Assembly: GCA_026914245.1 (NCBI GenBank) | Contig: CP110440.1 | Location: 3,720,001 to 3,784,000 of the forward strand | Reading direction: 5' to 3' | Source of the DNA: Puccinia triticina | Lineage: Eukaryota | DNA: 64,000 nucleotides | Part shown: piece after piece, positions 33,862 to 45,438 of the stretch | How the letters are laid out: each line of letters starts with the position of its first letter | How positions within the stretch are numbered: position 1 is the first letter of the stretch | Notes under the pieces: model-generated | Told to the model about the DNA's origin: nothing | Database searches by the model: none | Seen by the model: only the letters and a program-made list of their open reading frames with translations | Made by a program: the position numbers and the translations under genes

Positions 33862-36800
33862 CTAAGCTGACTCATCACCGAGGCCTTCCCACCCCTAGAC
33901 CAGGCAAATATGGACCAAACAGCCACAATCAGGATGAGTGCATATCTCTTTGGAAGAATGCACATGCCGAGTGACTTACCGAGGTCCCTAGACCAACAGC
34001 ACTGATGGTTTCTTGGGCCAGTCCAAATGTTCCGGCAGCGTGCCTCATAATCGCAACATGACCAATGAGAAGGTCACTGTGAATCACCGCGTTTGCCTCC
34101 TTGTCAGCCTCAATTAAGCGGCAGTTGAGATCGGGATAGTCGCGATATGGGTCCTGACTCCTATGTAGTTCCCTGAATGGCTTCACTACAAGCCATGTTA
34201 CGTCTGGTGATTGGTTGGAGCGGAAGATATTCACAACCTCACCAAAACGTTGATCTTTGCCAAGGTAGAACTCCACTAAGGAGTTTCCCTCGTGAACCTC
34301 CTTTGTGGTGACTGTCTTCCTGTTGACTCGAACGGTTTTAACTTTCTCCACTGTGGGGACCAATCTGACGTGTGCCGGTTTCATTCCTGGCGGAGTGCGT
34401 GCCATAAGTTGTGCAGCGACCATCCTTTTCCATTTGACAAACACCACCTGCTCAAGGTCAAACATCTTCGGGAGCCCTAGTTCTACCTCCTCTGCCACCA
34501 ACGTGTTTACATAGCTTGGGTCTTGCTGGAGAGAATGGAGGGTTGAGTTGAGATGCCACTTTGTAAGCAGTGTCTTAGGGATGTCTTCTGCAAGAATATA
34601 CAATTGTGTGGTTAGCAAAACGGGGGAATCGTCAAGTCAGAGACCAACATACAAAACAACTGACCAAGATGGTGGTTGGTTGGCAACCTCTGTAGCATGC
34701 CATTCATACGCTCTTGAGCCCATGCTGCAGTCGACTGAGGCGGACCAAACCTTTGGATAACGTCGGAGAAATGCTGGGTCATATGCAAATTAGGTTTGCT
34801 TGGTTTTGAGGGCCACCCGCTCCGTAAACATTTGCGGTACTGACAGATGAGGCTGTCAAGCTCATTCAAGTCCTGCGCTCGTATTCTGGGCAGGGTTATG
34901 AAATGAGCCACCTGAGAAAGGGTGGTGGTCGATTCTAACAGCAGAGAGACTCTGCGGCTGCTTTCTGTGGTCGCAGCACCTTCCAGTGCTTGTACCCAAA
35001 GAGGTATTAGGGCAATGGTGTAGTAGACCTTGTAAAGGAGCAGCCATTCTGCCGCCTTCAAGGAGCCATGATTAGCCGATCCCAAGTTTCGGGGCACTCT
35101 GTCAATCCAGGTGGGCAACACGGTGTGAAGGATAGTTCGACGAACAATATCCAGTTCTTCTGGCAACAATCGGGGACAATCATTGTCGTCTTCACAAGGA
35201 GGCCTCTGTGTGCAGTTTCCCCCCTTCACCGTACTATCGCTTCCTCCTCCTTCTTCTGATTCAGGGTCTTCATCCTCCTCACACTCGGTGTATAGAGTCT
35301 TCTTCCTCAGCCGTAGCAAATAGGAATGACTAGATGAGGTGTCTGAGTTTGCGCCACTGCCACGAGTCTCCGCGTGAGCTGAGGGACATTGATCCTTTGC
35401 GCTTCCACCATGCACCTCAACGAGAGTTCTACGGGTCCTCTTAGTAGGTCGTTTGTGTTCAGGTGTATAATCGATTTCGCTTGCATTGTCTGCCATTTTT
35501 CTTTTCCCCTTGGAACGCTTTCCGGATTGCAGCTTCTCAGCAAAAGGCGGCTCCTTATACACGTTGTCATTCTGCCATGCTTGGTCTAGCTCCTGAATCT
35601 TGTTCAGTTGCGCTCCAGCTGCAGGCAGATTCAGGAATCGCATGCTGTGATCTTTCAGGTCACCCAGCACCAACGCGTGCATCAATTCGATTGAACAGTG
35701 CTGAACCGGTCGCCAATAGGGGAGCTTGTTGAGTACACTCCATCTTGCACCATTCGCCTTGGCAAATGCCTTCCTCTCTGTGAAGTTTTGGATCTGCAAC
35801 CACGCGTCTGCGAGTTGCCGGTGGGACTCGTCAGTCCGTGGAGGAAATTTGGCGGGATCCGTCTCATCTAGGTCGTTTTTATTGAGAAGACAAAAAGAAC
35901 AGAAGAGAGTGGCGGCATGACTTCCAAATCCAGCCGTCTTGCGCAGGGCAGGTAGGTCCGCAATCAGTGGGAAAATTACAGCACGAACATTTCTACCGGT
36001 TGGATGAAGGGAAGTTGATTCAAACCAGACCCCCTTCCAAAATTGCTGCAGCTCCGTGACTAGAGGGCGAAGTATGTGGTTGATCTGTTCCAGTTTAGGC
36101 TCCACCGGGCCTGGGATGATCCCGAAGAGAAAGATATTCTCCAACCTGTATCAATGAGTCGGAGGTAGGTTCAGGCAAACTAACGTAATGGCGCCGACTG
36201 TTGTGTGCTTTCCAAGATTGGAGCTTCCTTCTGGGATGAACCAGTCGAGATAGAGACTGAACACAAGGTTACCAGAATGTTCCGTATATCTTCCTGTACC
36301 ATCATTACTATCCCCAAATTCTTGCCAAACCCGGCCATGCCACACATCCTCCATTGGTTCGTCGTCACGCCAGTGGTTTGCGGCCAAAGACGAATCCAGC
36401 AAGGCTTCAAACGGAGGGTGCAGCAGCCGGCTCTTCAGCCACGATTGTAGTGAGACGTAGGAGAATTTCCGGACTGGGACGACAGCTCCGCTCTTGTTGA
36501 TGTTGACCTTGAAGAGTGCTTCATCACATTGTGGCGTGATATTCTTGGACTTGGCCCACTTGCAAAAACCCTGCTTAGGCGATAGAAAAGGCTGAGTGCA
36601 TCGTGGCGGGTTGCTCCCAGGCTTTGCATCTGTGGAGTACAGTGCAAAGCATTTTGGGAAGCATATACAGCTCGTGAGGATTGGATTCAACCCCAGGCGG
36701 TGGAAAACGGCTTCCTGAGTCTTGGGGATCTGCTGGAGAATTTCGTGTGGATTGATGATAGTTGAAGTTTTCCCACTCCAGATTTGCGCGAGAAGGATCA

Positions 36801-37242
36801 CGTTTGCCCGGACAGCCTTCAAGAAATCCACCGCGGCACCTTTACTGAGCTTGTTTGCAAACACAGAGGACACCAATTGAAGCATCACCTGTTTGCAAAA
36901 AGCTTCATTCAGAACAATGGTGGTGACTGCACTGCCAGTCGGTTCGGTTGAGGCAGGCGCGGATTCAACAGGAACGCGCTATGAAGAGGGTAGATCAGTA
37001 TCTCCTGCCAACAGGAACACCTGACTGTTCAGACTTACGACACTTTCATTTGAAGGTCCCGCGTCTCCGCATGCAGAAGCAGAGCGCTTGGATTCCTCGA
37101 AGGACATCTTTGACTGATGGACTTGAAACACCCGATGCGTCAAAACTTGTCCAGGCACAATGCCTTGTCCGTCCTCTTCGTGCTGAGTCTTGTCACAGCC
37201 ATACTGCGTGCAGAGACAGACGTACACACCTCGGTTGCCCAT
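33862..37242 (-). pseudogene. CACTA/EnSpm-type (Transposase_21/TnpD-like) transposase with one premature stop
   Basis: Motifs DVWHGRVW, FSLYLDWF, CLNLPPTH*YRLENIFLFGIIPGP.EP...INHILRPLV.EL, ADLPALRK.AGF.SH....FCSFC, ELMHALVLG, LKAAEW, PNLHM..H and WAQERMNG. The TGA at 36151-36153 falls at a conserved Arg position. Three plausible GT-AG introns. Confidence 0.88.
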
Positions 37243-37829
37243 TGGCCTTGTCGATTCCACTGATCACGTGTCAGATGTCTGGCTATCTTTGTTAGCAATT
37301 GAGCAGGTTGATGGAGGGACAGGAGTCTGTGGCTGCACAACCTAACCGAAGTGCTGCAGGCAAGGCAGGGAAGTCTGCACTTCTTGCACGACCACCTCAA
37401 CTCAACTGTTCTCCCATCACTGTATATCCATGGATCAACCCCGCCACACGCGTGGACGGTGAGGCTTGGCGCAGCTGTGACAACTCTCCCTCTCAATTGC
37501 CATTCTTCTCTTGTCTTCTAACACCACAATTCTTCTTCAGACGCCGAACTACATTGGACTTAAAAAGTAGGCCGCTGAATTAGTTGCGTGAAGTCAGATC
37601 TAGAGCCAGCTTTGCTTTCCCCGCTGTATCCCCAACAGCTCCTCCGCACTCAACTGAGCGGCAAGCATGGTGGTGACGTTCAGGGTTAAAATGTGAGCCA
37701 TAATTCTGACAAACATCAGCTGAGGACAATCTGGTGTCCGCAAGCCTCCCTGATACCTCTATAAAATCTGCCCCACTGAGCATCATCTATCCTCCCGTCA
37801 TTTCCACCTCATTTTCCAGCTGCTAAGTC

Positions 37830-38208
37830 ATGCAAGATCATAGCTTTACTCCTCTACAACTACTGTGGCTGCAAGAAAAGCAAACACTTGTTGATGTCGA
37901 AATGCAGCGTACTGTGGACGGGTCACATGCTGTTTTGAACTGTGGGATCCATCTTGACCAGGCCTTCCTGTTTCAGCAGAAGTTGTATGCCGACGCCGGT
38001 GACATGAAGCTCCCTCGATGGGCCGTGCCAGATGTCTTTGCAACCTGGAACGCCATAAGAAATCGAGAGGGCAAGGGTACGTCTAATCCATAAATTCATT
38101 GGTCTCTCCCGTCATCAAGAAGGTCTGATGTTCCGATTCACAGGTCCTGTGAAGCGTCAGACAAGCGTATCTGAGAGTACCAACAGCGCAAACGGTGGCC
38201 TCTTGTAG
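37830..38208 (+). CDS. Small hypothetical cargo gene divergent from the transposase (2 exons)
   Basis: TATAAAA at ~37760 and ATG at 37830. GTACGT donor at ~38077 and CAG acceptor at ~38142, with a stop near 38208. Confidence 0.4.
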
Positions 38209-38852
38209 CTGTTGGCTGCGGCCAAATTGTGAGTTCCTTGTGGCATTTTGGTCTCTGGCAAGTCACTGCCCCTGACAGTTTACTCCCCCTGCCACAGTCA
38301 CAGGGAACACTACATTGGCCTTTCGCGCTCACCTGCTCTGTGTCTGAAGCTATCTCCATAATATCCTATGCCCATATGTACAACACTGTGACCAGTGGGC
38401 TTTGGTTTCCCTGCAACACATATCAGGTGGCGTGGAGTGTATGTAATATGGAAAAGGTGTCTTACAAGACACGGATCTGTCTTCTCCCTGCTCATCTCTC
38501 TTCAAGATGATGTCAGGTCCTCCTTCAGGATGTCGGCTGAGCTGGGTGAGAACCATGAGTTTGGGGAGACCACATCCGGTGTGTCACAAGGACTCGGACA
38601 CTGTGCCTTCATACTTATGGCTGATAACACACCTGCGCTGCAGCTCGAAAGAGGCTTTATGATGGGCCTGCGTGGCTCTTCAGTTGATTTCTGGGAGGCA
38701 GCTGCGTTTGTGCATACAGCATCAGGCCAGGCAGAGCTTGATTGGGTGCCCATCTACTAGCAGAGCCGCTTGTGCGCAAGCTATGCATGTGTAATGCCGC
38801 CCTTCCACAGGGAGGGATCTGTGAGAATGTCCTCATGCTCGGTCAATGTGGA

Positions 38853-38896
38853 CAATGTCCACCGTGACGTTCGGCCGAACGTCACGGTGGACATTG
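38853..38896. repeat. Perfect 44-bp palindrome, one of seven related copies inside the giant element
   Basis: CAATGTCCACCGTGACGTTCGG|CCGAACGTCACGGTGGACATTG. Related copies lie at 26063, 30849, 31139, 31196, 31426 and 38988. Confidence 0.9.
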
Positions 38897-39246
38897 GCCA
38901 CAGCACAGCTGCGCCATCTGTCTTGCTTGTGACACTGTGTGGATGCAGCGGTTGATTTCGCCTGTGGCATAGGTCCCCATGTGCAAGATGTCCACCCTGA
39001 TGTTCGGCCGAACGTCACGGTGGACATGCTTGCTACTCCCTGTCTGCGACGTGCCCAGCCCGCTCTAGCAGCCCAAACAATCCCTCCCCAGTGCCCCTTG
39101 TCTTACGTGCACCTTGCGTCCCTTTGACATGGTTGCCCCACAAACTCCTTTGTCATTCCGGACCCTCAAGCGTCGACTGCACTACTTAAGGTGTGCCCCT
39201 GCTCTTCCTGCTTCGGGCACAGATCTGCTCCCATCTTTCTCGCCCT

Positions 39247-40354
39247 ATGTCATCATCCACAGCTACCTTGTGGGATGGCAAACTGCCATCCCAGGCAGCA
39301 AAGATCAACGCTATCTACTCCACAATTCTGCCAAACACCCAGTCATCTTCTGCCCGGAGCATGGCAGCTTTTGTACGAACTCTGCTCCAGTTGGTTTTTT
39401 CCCCCAAGAAACCTCCTTCGGATGATTGGAAGATCCGTCCGCCGGCCCACAACTTCCACGTTGGCTCAAATCTCCCCGACTCCATCTTGATCCATCCGAT
39501 AGATGCTATTCCCCCAGAGGCGCTGCTCGCCAAAGCTCAAACAATTCACTCAATATTCAGAACCATCTTCCTTCAAGACCTCTCGAACTCCCATTTCCCA
39601 GGTACGACGTTTGCGTGGGATCACCCGTGGGACGCCCACTGGAACCAACTCTTTGCGAAGTTCATCATTAAGCACTGGTTGAATGCCTACGGTGCTGGAG
39701 CGTTCAAATTATTCTTCATCGATCCTGTGGAAGCTCACAACTCGTCAATCCTCCTTGGGTTGCTCCATCAATGGTTCATCGGAAGGCAGGAAGGCCTTCG
39801 ATTGGGTCATTTCTCAGGCGAGTGGCGATCTCAGAAGAAGAAATCCAAAAGCAAAACCAAGATCCGGATGCAGGTATGCTGTTTTGGTACACATCTAATC
39901 ATGATTGCACACTTATGTTACTCCTGCTCAACACAAGGTTCAGCAACACCGTCAAGAGACACTTTCCACACTTCCGGTTTCGCCAGCCCTCCGCACAGCG
40001 TTTGACAATATCAAGGCCACATCTGAGACTGAGACCACACCTCCCAGAGCTCTATCCAAGCTGCCATTGTCCTGGCGATCAGACGAGTTCACCCGGTTTG
40101 CTCAACAGTTGGATACCATCTACACACAGAAAAAGATCAATACCAACGGACGGACCTTTGTCCACGAGTACATTCTTGAAGCGCGCAGAATACCCTCACA
40201 CATAACACAATCCAACAGCTTCAAAAAAGTACCGCGCAACTTGCCGATCAACTGCTACGCTGCAAGTTACTTATCAACTCTATCGAATTCACAGCGGGCA
40301 CTGTTGAACCCATCTGACGCGGTTGTCTGGCCTAATCTTGTGACATTGTGCTGA
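39247..40354 (+). CDS. Transposon-associated unknown protein, paralog B (2 exons)
   Basis: ATG at 39247, an intron GTATGC...AAG at ~39873-39937, and a stop at 40354. Motifs TFAWD...HWN, SWRSDEF...QLD and VPRNLPINCY. Confidence 0.65.
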
Positions 40355-40528
40355 AGGTACATATATTCAAGGTAAGGATTTGCCTATGATCCTGTGAGGT
40401 TTGTCATCAAGAGCTTAGCACATTCATATTGTTTGTTTCCACTGGTAGGTACACTCAGCCTAGATGGTGAATCCCATCAGCGACTCCTCAACTTGCTCTC
40501 ATGTACATAAGATAGACAAGAAACCCGC

Positions 40529-42743
40529 TCACAATGCCAATTCGCACTTGCGTCTTTGTACTTGAAAAATGTTCATCTCCAAGCTGCCTTGTATGTAGTA
40601 CCAATACACCCAAACTGAGTTTCTCTGGCCCAAGCGGTAGAGTCGATCAATTGCTTGGAACTCCATTGCAGGGTTCCAACTAGGCTCCTAAGTTTTAATG
40701 AGGCTGATCAGCCTGGGTCTTGCTCAGAAAAAAAAGATGTGGACTTGCCATCAAGTACACATTCTGAGCACATCGCAAGTCAATCCCCACCCCCGCTGCC
40801 TGCAGGGACGCAAGCAGGACCTTGCAATTACTGTTGCCTCGAAATGTGTTGAGGTTCTCATCACGCTTTTGCACCTTTAAGTTCCCGGTTAGCCAAGTGA
40901 ATCCAATGTGGCTTTCTTGCAGAGCGCGCTCAACACTATGAATAGAGGAATCACCATTAGTTATTTATGCACAGTAGGACTTGGCTTGTATGCTCACATC
41001 TCCAAAAAACCAACAAAACTTGAGAAGACAACTGCCTTTGGACGCTCGATCTCTTGGCCTCCGCTGAAAAAGACCAAAAGACTGTCAATCAGGTGGATGA
41101 TCTTTCCAGAATCCTGCCATCGCCATGTTGGTTGGATGGGTAGTACCGCACGTGCAAAGACTGGATGATTGCAGAATTGACGCAGCATTGTCAACTGGCG
41201 GAAAAATTCGGCCCCGTCCCATTGCTCTTTGGAGGTTCGAAGTCTTCCAAAGTTTTGGATGAAGCTTTCATGCAAATGTCGTGAGTGTCTTTCCCACTGC
41301 GCGCTATATTGCACCACCACTGCCTGCTCGACCTTCTGTGGTAGCTGCAACAGAACATCTTTTGTCCTTCTCAAGCAGAGTGATCGCATCAGCAACGACA
41401 GAGTCCTAATAGCTTCAGGTGCCCCCACATTCATTCTGGGAATAAGGTAACTCTTCCAGATGAGATCGTTATCCCACGGCGGCATCTTCAATGTGGTGAT
41501 CAAGCTTTGGAGGTCCGTCAGGCGATTCTGGACCGGTGTTCCAGTTAGACACAACAAAAACTGGTAGTTGAGTTGCTGGATGTTGAGCGTGCGGTTCGCT
41601 GCTGGATTCCTCATCAGGCTGTCAAAATGAAAATCAATCAGATTGTGTGACGTCTGAGGTACAACGGACATTTTTGACTCACTGTGCTTCGTCCAGGACA
41701 ATCCTGTACCAGCAGAGATCGAGGGATTCAATGGTGTACTGGTTTGGGTGTCTGTTCCCACTAGTGCCAATCATTTCATACGTTGTAAGAACTATGTGAG
41801 CCGATTGAAAGTCCTTCCGAGTAAGTTGGTTCCGATGGGGTCCGTGGAACACATGGTAGGTGATTGCCTGATCTTCAAAGTGAATGTTGATTTCACTTTC
41901 CCAGTTGGTCAGTGTTGCTAGTGGGCAGATAACCAATGTTGCAGATGACCGGTGGGACCAACTTTCCCACATAAATTGCACAGCGGAATCAAAGGTCGAA
42001 AGGATGAATGCTAACGCCGTCAAAGTCTTCCCTAAGCCCATGTTGTCTGCCAGGATGGATCCTCGGGCTCTTGGTGATGTTGAGTCGCCGAGCGGATTGA
42101 AACCGGTTTGATCCACGCAACTGCGAATCCATGCGTTTGTAGGGTGGTTCCAGAGCACCATTGGATCTGCGTCGGCCGTCTCGTTATTGCGGAGGAACGA
42201 GAGGGCGGTCAGCTGATGGGGTTTCAAGGTCGTGCGGCATTGGCAGAGAGCTCTCGTGACCCAGGGTTGTCGAGCTGTGACCTCGTGCGCTTCTGTTTTG
42301 ACAAACTCAACCTGCGGGATGTCAAAGAAGACACTTGGGTTGTAGTTCCATATTGGGGTCAGATCTATGTTGGCAGCCCTAAAGGCCATCTGGACACGGT
42401 GAATATCTTTGGCACGGCTGAAGACACAACCTCGCAGCTCAGGTGGAACACCACAACGGCTCACTACGAAGGCGCGCACCTTCATGATCCCGGGATCGCT
42501 TGATGAGAATTCGTTACTTGTGACTGGGGTCAAACACGAAGATATTGGTCCAAGCAAGGGACCAAGGTGCTCACTCGCCAGAGAGCTGAGGCAACCAATT
42601 TTCTGCCGCGGTGCACGATACACATGCAATTCTTGATGACCTCGTTGGAGGAAGCCCACCTGGGGGTGATGGTCTGTGTTAGAAGAGGGCGGAGACGGCG
42701 ACACCGGTGCGATGAATTGTCCAAGACAATATGCACTTCTCAT
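40529..42743 (-). CDS. SNF2-family (Rad5/Rad16-like) ATPase without a RING finger; transposon cargo, probably decaying; 5' end uncertain
   Basis: Motifs LKPHQ, GSILADNMGLGKT, TLVICP..TLTNWESEI, IVLTTY, RIVLDEAH (split by an intron), LTGTPVQN, LRRTK, LRQFCNHP and KAVVFSSF. Downstream exons give LLASLQAAGVGIDL and EPSWNPAMEFQAIDRLYRLGQ. Confidence 0.85.
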
Positions 42744-44338
42744 GGCTACGGATGGATTGAGGATCGGGCAGGTGATTTGGTTGGACTAGGCCTCTGGGGA
42801 AGTTATCTGAAAGTCCGAGTCGTTGTGGGTGGCAGATGTTAGTTCCCACACTCGGCCAGGTCGGGCATATGTGAGTTGGGGGCACTTGAAAATTGTGTGA
42901 AGTTTGCTCAACTCCGTAGCCCGAAAACTTCACCTCAGTCAGTGCAAATCTGGGCCAAGGAGAAAAACAAACCTGAGGATCATATCGGTTCCTGTTTGGC
43001 CAACAGCACATACATCACCAAACACCAGGCAGTGCTGTGACCGTGCCAGGAGCAAACTTTGATAATACATGCTCACACCCATATTTTTGTCATTTTCTTC
43101 AGATTCATTTTTCACAGTGGCTCCACTCCCACCTGCAAGATTCTCCTGCTGTTGAAACATGTGCTGGACAAGGTTGTAGCTCGTGTATCATTTTGGATGA
43201 CTGCTGTGGTGGTGGAAGTCACCCCAAGTGTCAGTGGGGGCACACAACTCACTGTTGACAGGGAATCCCAATGACCTGTTCATTGTGGTGCACATCTTCC
43301 CCATCACCTCTCAGGTGGCACAAGCAAACACTTCTTCAGAAGATGACAAATATGTTGGAGCTGCCAGACATCTGGTCAACCAGGCCGCCTCAGGGGCAAT
43401 TAACTGATCCACCTTTGGCCACAGTTCACAGAGGCTTTGTCGGTTTTCACATTGCTGAGACACACTCATCAAACCATAGAGCTACCAGGGTACATTACAT
43501 TATCAACTGTTGCACTGTGATCTGGAGGTGAATGCAAGCCAAATAGCCTAATTACAGTGGATTGTGTGGTGAAAGCTGTCCTAAACCTGCCAAGAATTGT
43601 CCCTAATTACCTGCCAGTAATACATTCAGACACTTCAAGTGTGAGTGGTCAATCATGGTATCCACCCAACCATCTCAAGGAGTACACTGAACCATGTAAC
43701 CGCCACACCACAAAAGAGCAATGTATGGCAGAATGGGGTGATGTGGATGAAGCAAACAATGCACTGGAATTAAAATGACATTGGGTTAAACCTACATCTC
43801 ATGTCAGCACAAAATCTTCATGAGTTCAGACTGATTTCAGATCAACATATACTCACATTGCTCCTGCCTTTGGCAATGTTTGAACATGAATATAGAAGTT
43901 ACTTCTTGCTGATCCCGGGCAGACATCAGACTGACTTCAGACACCGTGACAGACAGAATTACGGTCCGGCACTCTCTGAAGAGTGCCACACATCCCCCCC
44001 TGGTGACTCCTTCCCTGAGTTATTGAGTTGTGGCGCGCATGCGCAGTTGTGACGTGTCAGCGCTACCAGGCGCGCCAAACCACATGTACATATGTAAATT
44101 ACATAAGCAAACTGTGAAAATTTTCGTAGTCTGGATCCCCCTTGCCTGAGGCGGATCTACAGACTTCAGCACACCAGAACCACACCCCAGATAACCCCAG
44201 GATCACCACCAAAGAGCTTACAACACTCCCAGTATACCTACCGTCACAGGCGCCTAGGATATTGACAAGTAACCTCTTTCACTTAACCTTGTTTATCTCA
44301 GAGGTACAACTCTGTGTCTTGCTTGATCTGTTCTTTTC

Positions 44339-44522
44339 TGCTGGCCTTTGCCTTCTCTTGATCACAGGGCTGTCCCTCCATAACTGCTGGCCTTTGCCTT
44401 CTTTTGATCACAGGGCTGTCCCTCTATAACTGTTGGCCTTTGCCTCTTAATTGACCTAAGGGCTGTCCCTTCATAATCACTGGCCTTTGCCTCATTCTTG
44501 GTCACAGGGCTGTCCCTCATAT
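44339..44522 (+). repeat. ~46-bp tandem repeat x4 within the solo LTR
   Basis: Unit close to TGCTGGCCTTTGCCTTCTCTTGATCACAGGGCTGTCCCTCCATAAC. Confidence 0.8.
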
Positions 44523-44576
44523 CTGTCAGGATCCCTCCACGTTTCTTTGGTGAGAGGAGGCTGTAGCACTTTCTAG

Positions 44577-45438
44577 TAGAGATCGCCAAGTGGACCCAGG
44601 TACCCGCCGCGTGTCCGGGTACCTGCGGTGTTTTTTGTGATATTCAGACAACCGTACCCGTACACGGCACCCGCGGGCGGGTACCGGCGGTACTTTTTGC
44701 GGGTACCGCGGGTACTTGTGCTTTTTTTTATCCAACACCCTCACTCGATGACAGCTACAGACTGTTCATCGGGAGTGATGGTTCCTCCCGATGACCGGGC
44801 TCTGTCCCAGTCATCGGGAGGGTTGTTTTCTCTCGATGACCGGGATAGAACCCGCTCATTGGGAGTGATGGTTCCTCTCGATGACTGGGATAGAACCCGC
44901 TCATCGAGAGGCTTGTTTTCTCTCGATGACCGGGATAGAACCCGCTCATCAAGAGGCTTGTTTCATCTTGATGACCGGGGTCTGTCCCAGTCATCGAGAG
45001 GAAACAACCCTCTTGATGAGCGGGTTCTATCCCGTTCATCAAGAGGGTTTTTTCCTCACGATGACCGGGTTCTGTCGCGGTAATCGAGAGGGTTGTTTCC
45101 TCTCGATGACCAGGATCTGTCCCGGTCATCGAGAGGGCTGATTCCCCTTGATGACCGAGATCTGTCCGGGTCACCTAGGAGGTTCCATTCCTCTCAATGA
45201 CCGGGGTCTGTCCCGGTCATTGAGAGGGCTGATTCCCCTTGATGACCAGGATCTGTCCTGGTCATCTTGAGGAATAAACCCCCTCGGTGACCGTAACAGC
45301 GGGTACCCGGGTACCTGGAAGACCCGCCTGCCGCGGGTATTTTTGGCGGGTATCCGGGTACCTGGTGCTTTTTTGCCTGAAATCCCGCACCCGGACCCGT
45401 ACACGGCACCCGCGCGCGGGTCCACTTGGCGATCTCTA
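44577..45438. mobile_element. Non-autonomous hAT-like element (862 bp) inserted in the solo LTR
   Basis: 21-bp TIR TAGAGATCGCCAAGTGGACCC. The 8-bp TSD CTTTCTAG lies at 44569-44576 and 45439-45446. It has subterminal CGGGTACC motifs and an internal ~42-bp palindromic array. Confidence 0.93.

Larger units (their letters stand above)
23381..44005. mobile_element. Giant CACTA/CMC (EnSpm-like) DNA transposon, 20,625 bp, carrying multiple genes
   Basis: 49-bp TIRs CACCAGGGGGG(A/G)ATGTGTGGCACTCTTCAGAGAGTGCC(A/G)GACCGTAATT with 2 mismatches (23381-23429, 43957-44005). The 3-bp TSD ACT lies at 23378-23380 and 44006-44008. It contains a Transposase_21-type gene. Confidence 0.93.

Noticed and set aside
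36979..36981. Apparent second nonsense codon in the transposase
   Set aside because: This TAG fits the acceptor of a short phase-0 intron (GTAAGT donor, CTGAT branch site).
23381..44005. Starship-type giant element
   Set aside because: There is no tyrosine-recombinase captain at the end. Symmetric TIRs, a 3-bp TSD and a DDE Transposase_21 gene indicate CACTA/CMC.
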